Positions 19,462-30,147 are shown, counted from the stretch's first letter. The stretch is DNA of 64,000 nucleotides from a virus (IMGVR_UViG_3300020179_002092:10496-74495); one strand, 5' to 3'. The notes: generated by a model from the sequence alone, not told the origin. Program-made: numbers and translations.

Positions 19462-19943
19462 AAAAAAATATAGAATTTTTTAATATTAACAAAACTTATG
19501 ACCACAATTGTGATGTACAGATTAAGCAAATAGTAGAGTGTCGTGTAAATAATGCTGCCTACTTACCAAAACGTGCTAATCCTACAGACGCAGGAGCAGA
19601 TTTACGCAGCACTGAAAAGTGTGATCTCTATCCTGGCGAAACAAAACTCTTAGATAGTGGTGTAGCCATTAAAATTCCACAGGGTTATGGCGGGTTCGTC
19701 TTTAACAGATCGGGACAAGGCTCAAAGGGAATTATTGTGCTTAACGGCGTAGGCGTTATTGACAGTGATTACCGTGGAAATATAAAAATTGCATTAAAAA
19801 ATATTAGTGAAAATAGATATACCATAGAAGTTGGTGATAGAATTGCGCAGCTGGTTATACTACCAGTTATACTTTGCGATTTTGTAGACAGCTGGAATGA
19901 CACAGAACGTGGTACCGGAGGGTTTGGTAGCACAGGAAAATAG
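19458..19943 (+). CDS. dut: dUTPase (trimeric)
   Basis: AGADL, RSG, GVIDSDYRG, RIAQLV and RGTGGFGSTG. Confidence 0.96.
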   Translation: MKKNIEFFNINKTYDHNCDVQIKQIVECRVNNAAYLPKRANPTDAGADLRSTEKCDLYPGETKLLDSGVAIKIPQGYGGFVFNRSGQGSKGIIVLNGVGVIDSDYRGNIKIALKNISENRYTIEVGDRIAQLVILPVILCDFVDSWNDTERGTGGFGSTGK

Positions 19944-19951
19944 GAGAAATT

Positions 19952-21916
19952 ATGCAAGTAAGCACACGCGCTCAAGTTATCACTAGAAGAACGTATAACA
20001 GACCTACTAGTGATGACGGTAAACAATTTGAAACATGGACACAAACAATTCGTCGAGTACGTGAACATCAACACTGGTTGTGGAAACGCAGTGTAGATCG
20101 TCAACTATATTCTAATGAAATAGAAGAATTAGAAGAACTAGAACAATTGATGCTAGCTAGAAAAGTATTAATGAGTGGGCGTACACTTTGGCTAGGTGGT
20201 ACAACAGTAGCACAAACACGCGAAGCATCACAGTTTAATTGTAGTTTTACACAAGTAGAAACAGTATATGATGTAGTTGATGTTTTATGGTTATTATTGC
20301 AAGGTGCAGGAGTAGGATTTAAACCTATTGTAGGTACTCTAAATGGATTCTCAAAACCTATCAAAGACATTAAGATTGTTAAAAGTCAGCGTACTAGTAA
20401 GGGTGGACTTGAACATAATGTTGAAACTTGGGATGCAGATACAAAAACTTGGACAATACAAGTTGGAGACAGTGCAGAAGCTTGGGCTAAATCTATAGGT
20501 AAGCTACTTGCTGGCAAGTATCCTGCTAACACTCTTGTGCTCGATTTTAGTCAATTAAGACCTGCTGGAGAAAGGTTAAAAGGTTATGGATGGATTAGCA
20601 GTGGTGACAGTGCTATATCAAAAGCTTATGTTGCAATTGCCAACATACTTAATGGTAGGGCTGATAGTCTTCTTTCTAGGATGGATATTCTTGATATTGT
20701 CAATCATCTCGGAACAATATTATCCAGTCGTAGAAGTGCTGAAATCGCGCTTTTTGACTATGGTCAGCCGGAGTGGGAAGAATTTGCAGTAGCTAAAAAA
20801 GACTTTTGGTTGTATGCGCGTGAACATCGTCAGCAATCAAATAACAGCTTAGTATTTAAGGAAAAACCTAGTCGTCAAGAACTAAAACATATATTCAGTC
20901 TTATGCAAGAAGCTGGTGGTAGCGAGCCAGGGTTTATTAATGAACAAGAAGCTCTTAGACGTGCTCCGTGGTTTAAAGGAGCAAATCCTTGTGTGGAAAT
21001 ACTTTTAGGCAACAAAAGTTTTTGTAATCTTACAGAAACAGACATTTCTAAATTTAGAGGAAATAACGCAGAATTACATGATGCAATTAGATTAGCTGCT
21101 AGAGCAAACTATCGTCAGACTTGTGTTAATCTTAAAGACGGTATTTTACAAGAAGCGTGGCATCTTAATAACTATTTTTTACGTCTTTGCGGAGTTGGTT
21201 TAACAGGTATTGCAATGCGTCCTGATATGCATAGTTATGATTATGAATATTTAAAACGAACTGCAACAGCAGCAGCTATTAGTATGGCAGATGAACTAGG
21301 ATTACCACGTCCTAAGAATATTACTACAATTAAGCCATCGGGTACATTAAGCAAAATTATGGACTGTACAGAAGGTGTACACAAACCACTAGGCAAGTAC
21401 ATTTTTAATAACGTACAATTTGGAATTCATGACCCATTAATTCCAATATTACGAGCTGCTAATTATAAAGTTATCAATCATCCTACAGATCCTAGCGGAG
21501 TATTAGTAACATTTCCTGTAGAGTGGAAAGATGTGCAGTTTGATAAAGATAGTGGTAAAGAAGTTAATCTTGAAACAGCAATTCAACAACTAGAACGATA
21601 CAAAATGTTACAAACTAGTTGGACGCAACAAAACACATCGGTAACTATTAGCTATGATGTTAATGAAGTGTCAGAAATTATAGATTGGTTATTAAATAAC
21701 TGGGATTGCTATGTAGGAGTTAGTTTTATCTATAGAACTGATCCCACAAAAACAGCTAAAGATTTAGGGTATCTTTACTTACCACAAGAAGTAGTAGATG
21801 AATATACATTTAGAAGTTATATGCAAGACTTAAAACCAATTAATGTAGATAGTGCTAATAGTTTTGACGAATTATTAGATGATGAATGTATAACTGGAGT
21901 ATGTCCTGTAAAATAA
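19952..21916 (+). CDS. nrdJ: Class II adenosylcobalamin-dependent ribonucleotide reductase (monomeric RTPR type)
   Basis: SGRTLW, FNCSF, GAGVGF, NPCVEI, FCNL, TTIKPSGT and C-terminal CITGVC; no beta-subunit gene follows. Confidence 0.9.
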   Translation: MQVSTRAQVITRRTYNRPTSDDGKQFETWTQTIRRVREHQHWLWKRSVDRQLYSNEIEELEELEQLMLARKVLMSGRTLWLGGTTVAQTREASQFNCSFTQVETVYDVVDVLWLLLQGAGVGFKPIVGTLNGFSKPIKDIKIVKSQRTSKGGLEHNVETWDADTKTWTIQVGDSAEAWAKSIGKLLAGKYPANTLVLDFSQLRPAGERLKGYGWISSGDSAISKAYVAIANILNGRADSLLSRMDILDIVNHLGTILSSRRSAEIALFDYGQPEWEEFAVAKKDFWLYAREHRQQSNNSLVFKEKPSRQELKHIFSLMQEAGGSEPGFINEQEALRRAPWFKGANPCVEILLGNKSFCNLTETDISKFRGNNAELHDAIRLAARANYRQTCVNLKDGILQEAWHLNNYFLRLCGVGLTGIAMRPDMHSYDYEYLKRTATAAAISMADELGLPRPKNITTIKPSGTLSKIMDCTEGVHKPLGKYIFNNVQFGIHDPLIPILRAANYKVINHPTDPSGVLVTFPVEWKDVQFDKDSGKEVNLETAIQQLERYKMLQTSWTQQNTSVTISYDVNEVSEIIDWLLNNWDCYVGVSFIYRTDPTKTAKDLGYLYLPQEVVDEYTFRSYMQDLKPINVDSANSFDELLDDECITGVCPVK

Positions 21917-21937
21917 AACAAAAAGTTTATAGGTAAT

Positions 21938-21972
21938 AAAAAAGCCCACTAGAATGTTCTACTGGGCTTTTT
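21938..21972. terminator. Bidirectional terminator at the convergence of the two transcription arms
   Basis: AAAAAAGCCCAcTAGAA-tg-TTCTAcTGGGCTTTTT with A/T tracts on both sides, between convergent genes. Confidence 0.88.
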
Positions 21973-21976
21973 GTAT

Positions 21977-22621
21977 TTATAAACTTAGTGGCGTGTCATA
22001 ATTATTATCTTCATCATCTATACTATTATCATCATCATACATACTATCTAGTTGACTAAATACTTCTACTAGTATATCACGATAAGGTTGATCTACTTTG
22101 CATAGGTCTAATAAATAAATATCTAAGTGATCATTACGTAATAATTCTGCATGATACATAAATTGACCAAATGCTTCTAAGTCTTCACTAATATTAGTAT
22201 TAGCATAATTTTCTAATATTTGTGCTGCCATCATACGTAGTGGTTTACTAATCATGCCTTTTTGAGCAATATGTACTAATTGAAGTGCTTTTCCTTCACG
22301 CTCGCGCATAATTTGATTTCGTTTTGCTGTACTCCAACTATAACCACCGTCGCCGCCCCACAAATCCCAAGCTACCCTACCTTTACTAGGAAAGCCTTCT
22401 TGTCCACTATAAAATCCTGTTGCCTGTTTGTCTACTTCATGACGGCTAAAAAAACTGTACATACGTAGTACTACACTCGCTGATAGTGGATCGCGATCTT
22501 TTAATTGATTAGCTCTGGCTAAGCCAACAAGTGTACCACCGGCTTTTCCTTCACTTTTCCACTTTAGTGCTCTCTTGGCCGCACTAGCCATACCACTTGT
22601 TGGTTTATATGTTTTAGCCAT
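21977..22621 (-). CDS. Conserved phage protein of unknown function (RMYSFFSRH / AWDLWGGD domain)
   Basis: N-terminal domain of a kind often seen in phage proteins; acidic C-terminus. Confidence 0.7.
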   Translation of the reverse strand: MAKTYKPTSGMASAAKRALKWKSEGKAGGTLVGLARANQLKDRDPLSASVVLRMYSFFSRHEVDKQATGFYSGQEGFPSKGRVAWDLWGGDGGYSWSTAKRNQIMREREGKALQLVHIAQKGMISKPLRMMAAQILENYANTNISEDLEAFGQFMYHAELLRNDHLDIYLLDLCKVDQPYRDILVEVFSQLDSMYDDDNSIDDEDNNYDTPLSL

Positions 22622-23313
22622 TACAGCTCCTGTTTATATGCTAAAATTATTTGTTTACATAGTTTACTACGTACAATATCTTCATCACGAAATCTAACGA
22701 CTTCAATACCTTCAATATGTTCTAGTCTAGTACTGGCGTCTAAGAGCCCACTGTTGTGAATATCGCTTTGCTCGTAATCTCCGTTAATTATTATTTTACA
22801 GTTTCTCCCAATGCGTGATAAGATCATTTTCATCTCATCCTTACTAGCGTTTTGTGCTTCGTCGAGTAAGACTATGCAATCATCAAATGTTAGTCCACGC
22901 ATAAATCCCAGCGGTTTAGGTACTATTTGATTTTTATTTACTGCATACTCATAGAACCCCTGTCCTAGACTATTGCTAAAGATTTGATCAAATGGTTCTA
23001 AGTAGGGAGCATATTTTTCTTCTAATGTACCAGGTAAAAATCCAAGTCCACGTCCAGTTTCTATATTAGGTCTTGTTAATATAATTTTTTGTATGCGGCG
23101 ATGAAATAATTCACCGGCTGCATAAGTTGCTGCAATATAAGTTTTACCAGTGCCTGCACTACCTATACCAAAAATTATGTTATTTTCATGTATAGCTCGT
23201 AAATATTCTTCTTGAATGTAGTTTAATGGTTTTACATTTTCAAAGCCTATTTCTAGAGAAACAACATTATTACATTGTACGCTGCGTAATTTTTTAGCAC
23301 TGCTTTTAGCCAT
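22621..23313 (-). CDS. phoH: PhoH family ATPase
   Basis: GSAGTGKT, LTRP, LGFLPG, FMRGLTF, LDEAQN, GDYEQSD and DIVRS. Confidence 0.95.
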   Translation of the reverse strand: MAKSSAKKLRSVQCNNVVSLEIGFENVKPLNYIQEEYLRAIHENNIIFGIGSAGTGKTYIAATYAAGELFHRRIQKIILTRPNIETGRGLGFLPGTLEEKYAPYLEPFDQIFSNSLGQGFYEYAVNKNQIVPKPLGFMRGLTFDDCIVLLDEAQNASKDEMKMILSRIGRNCKIIINGDYEQSDIHNSGLLDASTRLEHIEGIEVVRFRDEDIVRSKLCKQIILAYKQEL

Positions 23314-23341
23314 ACTTATATCCTATAAGTTTAGAGACTGT

Positions 23342-23647
23342 TTATAGCTCTCTATTATCTTGTTGAGGTATTTTATTTCCTAATATTTTACTTCTAGTAG
23401 TATATGTACTTTCTCCTTGTTGATAGTTTGTAGTTTTGCTAGTAAATTTTTCAGCAACAGTTACTCCTAAACCAGCCATAGTAATATACACCATTCCCTC
23501 AAACATATATGTTTCTACAGTTTTGTTAAAAAATAAGTTTGAAATAAAAGCTATACTACATAGTATAAATGCTAAAAAAGTTATTAGTCGCTTGCTGCTT
23601 AAACTGCCATTTTCACCATCTTCAAATAGTGTAGCTAGCCGACGCAT
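23342..23647 (-). CDS. Putative holin (2 TM)
   Basis: SLSSKRLITFLAF, two TM helices and a charged tail; directly downstream of the endolysin. Confidence 0.6.
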   Translation of the reverse strand: MRRLATLFEDGENGSLSSKRLITFLAFILCSIAFISNLFFNKTVETYMFEGMVYITMAGLGVTVAEKFTSKTTNYQQGESTYTTRSKILGNKIPQQDNREL

Positions 23648-23649
23648 AA

Positions 23650-24261
23650 TTAACTTAATATATTTATAATATGATTGTAGTGATTTAATCTGTCTTCTAA
23701 TCCGTTTGTACCACCATTAATTCGTTTAGTTAAAGTAACTATGTCAGCTACATCTGCAAATCTATTAAGATTGTTAGTTTTCCAAAACCAACAACTACAT
23801 TCTACAGCACCTTCAAAAGTTTCCATGTACTCTGACGCTTCTTCGGCACTAATATCTAAACTACTAGCAAATTCTGTATAGTTATTACGTCCAGTTAACT
23901 GTATTAATCCACGACCACAAAAAAGCCAACCGTCTCCACTTTCTTCAGAACCATTGCCCATGCGGTTGGCATACACACGATTAGCAATTTTTTCCGGCTG
24001 ACGTTCATACTGTTGTGCTAATGCATCTGTAGGAAAATATTTGGGAAAAGTTTTGCGCAGGCTTTGCCAGCGATAGTTTAAGTTTTCCTTAAAAAATTTA
24101 AAATTACCACTTTCGTGTGCACACTGTGCTAAAAAAGCAGCTACTCTTAATTTGGTATCAATTTTATAGCACGGAAATAATTTTTCAAAACATTCATACC
24201 AATTTTTAACGTGCAAATTATTGGGTATAATGTCTTGCAATTGTTGTTGTGTAAAAATCAT
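23650..24261 (-). CDS. Endolysin, glycoside hydrolase family 19
   Basis: AAFLAQCAHESG, ENLNY, IANRVYANRMGN, GRGLIQLTGRNNY and TKRINGGTNGL. Confidence 0.93.
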   Translation of the reverse strand: MIFTQQQLQDIIPNNLHVKNWYECFEKLFPCYKIDTKLRVAAFLAQCAHESGNFKFFKENLNYRWQSLRKTFPKYFPTDALAQQYERQPEKIANRVYANRMGNGSEESGDGWLFCGRGLIQLTGRNNYTEFASSLDISAEEASEYMETFEGAVECSCWFWKTNNLNRFADVADIVTLTKRINGGTNGLEDRLNHYNHIINILS

Positions 24262-24530
24262 TACTGCTCCTTATTTTTCCAGTGATTATTGTACCAGGTA
24301 ATCCAACTGTCTACTTTAGCTTTACAAAGATGCCACTTTAAATAATTTTGTTCTACATTACTTACTAATTCAGGCATACCATCGCCTACTTTTAATAATT
24401 CTAATGGCTCACATGGTGCTAAATAAACTTGTCTTTCCTTTTCTGGTAATACTGGCCAAGGTTTTCCTATAGAAAAAGTTTGACATCCGGTTAATACAAA
24501 TACTGTAGTTAAAAGTAATATAAATTTCAT
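24261..24530 (-). CDS. Putative o-spanin (lipoprotein)
   Basis: Signal peptide with lipobox LTGC, Pro-rich, additional Cys residues; follows the i-spanin. Confidence 0.75.
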   Translation of the reverse strand: MKFILLLTTVFVLTGCQTFSIGKPWPVLPEKERQVYLAPCEPLELLKVGDGMPELVSNVEQNYLKWHLCKAKVDSWITWYNNHWKNKEQ

Positions 24531-25129
24531 TTTTTAACACCAGTTTCAGTAGGATTTTGCGCGATATTATTTAGCCTATTTATATATAATTCAGGTACTA
24601 CAGGACAATTTTTTTGAAAGTTTATTGCATCCTGCATATCTCTATTTATTTTTTCACGATCTATTGCACTTAACGCTTCATACTTAGCTTTTGCAGCTTG
24701 ATCAAAACTATTAATAATATTTTGTACCGTAGCATCCTTAGCTTTGATAGCTAGAGCAAAATTATCGCTTTGACGTTTTAATTGCGTGGCACTATCTTTT
24801 ATAACAGCCATCTTTGCTGCAGTTTCTTCACCTAATTTAGCATTTAATAGTTCTTGTTCTTTTATAGCTAAATTATACCGCTCTTGCTCTACGCGTAATT
24901 TTTCTTGCCAACTATTTTCGTTAAAAACTACGCCAGTAATAAATATACTTATTACGAATATAGCTAAACTACCTATTTGAATAGGTAGTTTATATAATTT
25001 TAACAGAGGTATAGGAATAAATCGTAAAAAATTACTAGCTATATATACAGTAGCGCTTAATACTGCTAATCCTATCCACGTATAAACAGGAATAAAATTT
25101 AATATAAACATCATAATTAGTATGCCCAA
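24527..25129 (-). CDS. Putative i-spanin
   Basis: N-terminal TM segments, long coiled coil and a C-terminal Cys (NCPVVP); overlaps the o-spanin. Confidence 0.7.
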   Translation of the reverse strand: MGILIMMFILNFIPVYTWIGLAVLSATVYIASNFLRFIPIPLLKLYKLPIQIGSLAIFVISIFITGVVFNENSWQEKLRVEQERYNLAIKEQELLNAKLGEETAAKMAVIKDSATQLKRQSDNFALAIKAKDATVQNIINSFDQAAKAKYEALSAIDREKINRDMQDAINFQKNCPVVPELYINRLNNIAQNPTETGVKK

Positions 25130-27714
25130 GCTTCATTAATACTTAATTCAAATGGAGTTACTTTTTCGCTGCGCACATTTAATAAAATACTAGTTTTTAA
25201 ACCACTACTTGAATTAATAAAAAATAATTCTCTTTGATTTTCTATTTCACCAGGACCTGTATTAGTTTTAAGTTTTTCGTTTCCTATAATATGTCTAGTA
25301 ATAGTTAATATATTTTTATTTCCAAGAGGATCACTAGAATTATTAAATGCTAAAGATTGTGCATATTTTTCTTCACTTAAATGTGGATTTATTAAATAAC
25401 TTGCTTTGTCTATATTTGGATCTTTTAAAGATTTCAATCTTAAATGTAATTCGTAAACTTCTAGTTCATTTAAAATTTTATCCATAATACCTGCTTGAGC
25501 TAAAAATCCTGGTGCAGCATGCTTAGTAGTAGTATTCTTAACTTTACTATTCATAGCACCAATTTTATCAATTAACCAACTTTGATATGCTAAATTTAAA
25601 GTAGCTACTAAAATACCTTCTACATAGTACTTAGTAATTCCTCTAGATTGTTTGGTTAAATTTTTAAATATTTTAAAAGGTCCCATAGGCACAGTAGTAC
25701 TTTCAGAGTCTACAGGGTTCCATCTACCTTCTACTTCTGCAGAAGTATCACTTAGTACTTTCGTAATTACTTTTACTTGAGCAGGACCAGTACCTGGCGC
25801 TCCATTATCTGGTTGATTAGTTGGTAAAAATCTTTGATTAAACCCAAAGCCAACAAAATCTTTGTTAATTATTTTGTCACCAACTTTTAAATCTCGTAAA
25901 AATTTAGTTCCTACTCCATTTAATAAGGATTTTGCTGCTACAGCAGGTTGACTAGTAGTGGCAGTTATAGCAGGAAGATTTTGAGTCCAGCAAGTTCCTT
26001 CAATGTCCGGACCTTCTGATTCTGAAGTAACTATAAGAGTTTGCCAATCAGATAAAAATCCTATAACAGGAGGGTTAGAGCGTTCTTCAATAACACTATC
26101 ATAATTTACTATATTAAACTTACCTGAAACAGCAGTAGTTGAATATACAGAACTAGCAGGATCAGGCCATTTAGTAGTTTTTCCAATAATAATTTCTAAT
26201 ATATTACTATTATTAGTTGTGTCTAAGTGTACAACATTTTCACTTGTTAAATAACCTTTGTTAGGTGGCGGAGCCGGAGGCGGTGGATTAATACCTCTAG
26301 TGCCTACATCATTATCAGTAGCAACAAATAATGATTTATTAGCTAATACAGTGCTTACACCTTGAGTTCTAGGTTTCCATAAATAAAATCTAGTATTATG
26401 TTTTTTTATTTCTACTGCGGGTGATAGACCACCAGCAATACTTTTAGCTTGTAATGCTGTTGGTTGTTGATATACTTGTGTATTTACATTTTTAATTTTA
26501 ATGACTTCATACGTTCCACCACTAAGATCTAAATATCTAAAATTTGGCGAATCTATTTGTACCTTTAAAGGTCCCCAAGATACGTTTGTTTGTAGATCAA
26601 AAAGAGCAGTCCAACGTCTATTATTATCATAATAATCTCGAACATCAAATGCCCCATTTGCAGTACTGTCTATTTTTAATAAACTAACTCCATTGTTTGC
26701 ATCTAAATAAGTTTTAAATGCAGTAGCACTAAAGTTTTTTATACTATTTATATAATATTTACTAGATATGTTAATAACATTGGGACTAAATCTAGGATTA
26801 TCTAAATCATCTACATCATAAATTTTTTCTGATCGAATATCTAGTCTAAATCCATCAACTATAATTTTCTTTATAGCATTTATAAAAATTATTTCCTGGT
26901 TAGTGCCTTCTTTTTTAGAATTCTCTGTTCTTTTTATTTCGCTTTCAATAACAGTTCTATCTACAACAATATTGATAGTTTTAGTTATACCGCTACTAAT
27001 TATTAATTTATCATTAACGGCAATAGTTTCTATTTCTTTATTAAAATTACCACTAGTACCTATAAAATTATCAGTAATTATAACTGGTGTAGAACTAGCA
27101 ACTGTAGGACCTACTATACTATCACTCTTTAATAATATAATTACAGTTTCAGAACCTTCTAATACTAAATCCCCAATTAAAGTTAGTGTTAAACTAGCTG
27201 TACCAGAACTATTTACATAAATTACTCCAGAATTAGTAAATTCAACAAAATCAACAGCACTTGTGTTTCCTGTATTTATCCAAAATAGTGGAGTACCAGT
27301 AGCAACATTTGTAGTAGTAATATTCCATGTTATACTACTTCCTTCGACTACAGTTGTAGTCGAAGGAAATATTGTATAAGTTTTTTCAGTAGAAGTATCA
27401 GCAACATTAACAGTAGATGCAGTAGCAACCAAAGTTCCCAGTAAACTATTTGTATATAGCCTAATAATTATTGTTTCTACCCCTGCCTCTGAAGTAAAAT
27501 CTTCAGCTATAGTAATAGGTAAAATTGCAAAATTATTATTTATTACTACAGAACCACTATTAGATCCGCTAGTAAAATCAGCTCCTGTTGTTGTTCCTAC
27601 ATTTTCCCAAAATAACTGAGTTCCATTTGCAACACCAGTTGTAATAATAGTCCATGTAATTGAACCACCCTCATTAACTGAACTAGAATTAGGATTAATA
27701 CTATATGTTGCCAT
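25117..27714 (-). CDS. Virion structural / fibre protein with two N-terminal Ig/Calx-beta-like repeats
   Basis: Tandem ~105-aa repeats (TYSINP..SVNEGGSITW / TYTIFP..TVVEGSSITW); beta-rich. Confidence 0.65.
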   Translation of the reverse strand: MATYSINPNSSSVNEGGSITWTIITTGVANGTQLFWENVGTTTGADFTSGSNSGSVVINNNFAILPITIAEDFTSEAGVETIIIRLYTNSLLGTLVATASTVNVADTSTEKTYTIFPSTTTVVEGSSITWNITTTNVATGTPLFWINTGNTSAVDFVEFTNSGVIYVNSSGTASLTLTLIGDLVLEGSETVIILLKSDSIVGPTVASSTPVIITDNFIGTSGNFNKEIETIAVNDKLIISSGITKTINIVVDRTVIESEIKRTENSKKEGTNQEIIFINAIKKIIVDGFRLDIRSEKIYDVDDLDNPRFSPNVINISSKYYINSIKNFSATAFKTYLDANNGVSLLKIDSTANGAFDVRDYYDNNRRWTALFDLQTNVSWGPLKVQIDSPNFRYLDLSGGTYEVIKIKNVNTQVYQQPTALQAKSIAGGLSPAVEIKKHNTRFYLWKPRTQGVSTVLANKSLFVATDNDVGTRGINPPPPAPPPNKGYLTSENVVHLDTTNNSNILEIIIGKTTKWPDPASSVYSTTAVSGKFNIVNYDSVIEERSNPPVIGFLSDWQTLIVTSESEGPDIEGTCWTQNLPAITATTSQPAVAAKSLLNGVGTKFLRDLKVGDKIINKDFVGFGFNQRFLPTNQPDNGAPGTGPAQVKVITKVLSDTSAEVEGRWNPVDSESTTVPMGPFKIFKNLTKQSRGITKYYVEGILVATLNLAYQSWLIDKIGAMNSKVKNTTTKHAAPGFLAQAGIMDKILNELEVYELHLRLKSLKDPNIDKASYLINPHLSEEKYAQSLAFNNSSDPLGNKNILTITRHIIGNEKLKTNTGPGEIENQRELFFINSSSGLKTSILLNVRSEKVTPFELSINEAWAY

Positions 27715-27726
27715 TATTTATCCCTG

Positions 27727-30147
27727 TTAAATACTAATTGTTGCAACTACTTCACTAATACCAGCGTTTAATATTCTAATATCTACAATTACATCACCGG
27801 TATTACTTGTTGTTATTGTAGTTTGTTGTAATTCGGTACCAGCAACAACAAATTTCATACTAGTACCAGTAATTGTTAGTGAAACAGGTAAATTATTTAT
27901 TCTTTGATTTAAGAAATTGTATGCAGATACAAGTATTTGACTATTAATAGGTGAATTGTCATAATCATAATTAGTTTGTAGAGTTCTTAATACAATTCTA
28001 ACAGGAATTGATATGCTTAAACTATGAATATTTACATATCCATTATCTGCTGGTGCTTCAGTGGCCCAAATTCTGTCTGTTGCATCCCTGCCTAGACTTG
28101 TAAATATACCAGGTATTTCTGTAGTTGACATCCAACCTTCTGCATCGTTCCACTGATAAATAACTATGCGATCTTGTAGTATCATACCTACAAGTTTTCT
28201 GTCGTCTTTTAAAAATACAATACTTTTAATAGTTGTAGGTACTGTAAACGATGAGTGATAAGTTAATCTTTTTGGCAGTGGAGGAGTAGTTGTAGGATCC
28301 ATATTTACTTTATACGTAAACACAACTCTACCACCACTTGCACTTGATCCACTACTAGTACTACCATATTTATTAAATACACCACTCATAGTGTACATAG
28401 TTAAATATCTGTTTAATTTTTCTATTGGTAAAGCTATACTACTTGGTGTAGTAAACGCTTCTATTACACTTAATGCAGTAGATGAACTTGGTGTAACACT
28501 TACAGTTCTTACTTGATTTCCTATTTTTATTACATCACCTGCTACAAGATCTATATTAAAATTAGTACTTACACCTGTTACTAAAAAACCATCCATAACA
28601 GCATTACCAATATTTTGATAGCTAGTGTGATGCTCATTATACATCAAATCTGCTAAACCATTATCAGCACCTTCAGTATTTCTAATAAGTGTTGCACTTG
28701 GTGTGGGTACATTATTAATAAGAGTTCTTCTATTTCTATATCTGCCGCTAATACCGCCAGCAAAATTAGGACCTGCAGGTTTACCAGTAAGCGTACTAGG
28801 ACCAAAACTTTTGCTTAATCCTTCAGTATTATTAGTATTATTAGCAACTGTGTTACCATTATTAAGTGTTATTTCTACAGGAAATCTAGTAAAACTTTCT
28901 GCTCCACTAGTTGTCCAAGTGTACAAATAAGGATAATAATTTCCTACTTTATCAAAATAGGGAGTAAACCAGTGTCTAATGTTAATATTACTAGAGTTAT
29001 AAAAAACTTTTGAAGAAAATTTAGCAAATTCACCTAGTGCTGTGCTATTTGTATTTCGTTTTCCAGGGGAAAATCTTACAGTTTCTGGCACCGTCGGCGC
29101 GTCGTCTAACTTTGTTACAACTGTAGTATTAAGCGGAGCAGAGGTTTCGCCTGCTTTATGTGAAACTAAATAGCCTACATGATCACTTCTACAATCGTTA
29201 AAGAAATAAGTAGGAACGTTAGATGCATTTTTACCAACATATTGACCAATCATTTCATCAAATAATGTAACAGGTGCTGATGGTGAACCAGTGGTGCCAA
29301 ATAATTGTAATGGTCCGCTACGCTCTCCAGTTCGTATATTTATACGTCTAAGTGCAAAAGTTGGTCTAATTACTTTGCCAAATTCACTAATAGGATAGAA
29401 ACTGTCGGCACCGCGTCCGGTAGCCCCTCCTGCTATAGAAATTTTACCGCTGCTAGTTATACATAATTCAGAAACCCAACCAGTATTACCATCTTCTTCA
29501 GTGGGAAGTGCAAAATATACTCCCTGCGAAGCCTCTGTATAGGATTGAGTTTGTATTTGTGTACCGGCACTAATTATAGTAGGCGGTACTGCATACATTT
29601 CTTGAGGACTTCCGCCACCGGGCCAAAGTATAACAGTTAGAGGGCCACCATAGCTGCCATCAATATACCACATAACTGTTACTGTAGTTAAATCGTTTGA
29701 TATAACTCTATTTATTACACCGCGTTGTAAACCTTCAACCATGTTTAAATAGTTAGTTACTATTAAGTTAGTTTGACTGTTCATGTTTAATACATCAACA
29801 GCGGCAGTAGCAGCACTCATGTCATTGCCAAGAATAGTATGACCAGCATAAGCAACATCTTTAGTTAAAGCCATAGTACTGCCAGGAAATAATCCGCTTC
29901 TTGCAATAGCACCTAGGACGTTAGGTGCTACTGTTTCTAGAATATTTCTATTTTTTAGATGAATATTACTACCACGATAATCAACGCGATTTCCACCTGG
30001 AGTCATAAACATATGACTATTATGTTTATAGGCTAAAGTATCTTTTGAATAACCTTCACCTTCTAAATAAATTGTGTTCTTTCCTGGATTGGGATCCTCA
30101 AAAACACTAATTACACCTTTTTTTGTAGCATATTTAATTATAGCCAT
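27727..30147 (-). CDS. Putative virion protein, 'EDPxP' paralog family
   Basis: Shares FEDPNP, LTYHS, SLGRDATDRIW and a C-terminal Ig-like domain with the ORFs at 42162, 46077 and 47861. Confidence 0.65.
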   Translation of the reverse strand: MAIIKYATKKGVISVFEDPNPGKNTIYLEGEGYSKDTLAYKHNSHMFMTPGGNRVDYRGSNIHLKNRNILETVAPNVLGAIARSGLFPGSTMALTKDVAYAGHTILGNDMSAATAAVDVLNMNSQTNLIVTNYLNMVEGLQRGVINRVISNDLTTVTVMWYIDGSYGGPLTVILWPGGGSPQEMYAVPPTIISAGTQIQTQSYTEASQGVYFALPTEEDGNTGWVSELCITSSGKISIAGGATGRGADSFYPISEFGKVIRPTFALRRINIRTGERSGPLQLFGTTGSPSAPVTLFDEMIGQYVGKNASNVPTYFFNDCRSDHVGYLVSHKAGETSAPLNTTVVTKLDDAPTVPETVRFSPGKRNTNSTALGEFAKFSSKVFYNSSNINIRHWFTPYFDKVGNYYPYLYTWTTSGAESFTRFPVEITLNNGNTVANNTNNTEGLSKSFGPSTLTGKPAGPNFAGGISGRYRNRRTLINNVPTPSATLIRNTEGADNGLADLMYNEHHTSYQNIGNAVMDGFLVTGVSTNFNIDLVAGDVIKIGNQVRTVSVTPSSSTALSVIEAFTTPSSIALPIEKLNRYLTMYTMSGVFNKYGSTSSGSSASGGRVVFTYKVNMDPTTTPPLPKRLTYHSSFTVPTTIKSIVFLKDDRKLVGMILQDRIVIYQWNDAEGWMSTTEIPGIFTSLGRDATDRIWATEAPADNGYVNIHSLSISIPVRIVLRTLQTNYDYDNSPINSQILVSAYNFLNQRINNLPVSLTITGTSMKFVVAGTELQQTTITTSNTGDVIVDIRILNAGISEVVATISI

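Noticed and set aside
7097-21916. Introns, inteins or homing endonucleases in pol, helicases or RNR
   Set aside because: The ORFs are continuous and of expected length, with no intein or HNH/LAGLIDADG motifs seen.
3217-22468. Short antisense or overlapping ORFs inside replication genes (e.g. 3217-3546, 10741-11145, 19769-20104)
   Set aside because: They overlap well-supported genes and show no RBS or recognisable motifs.
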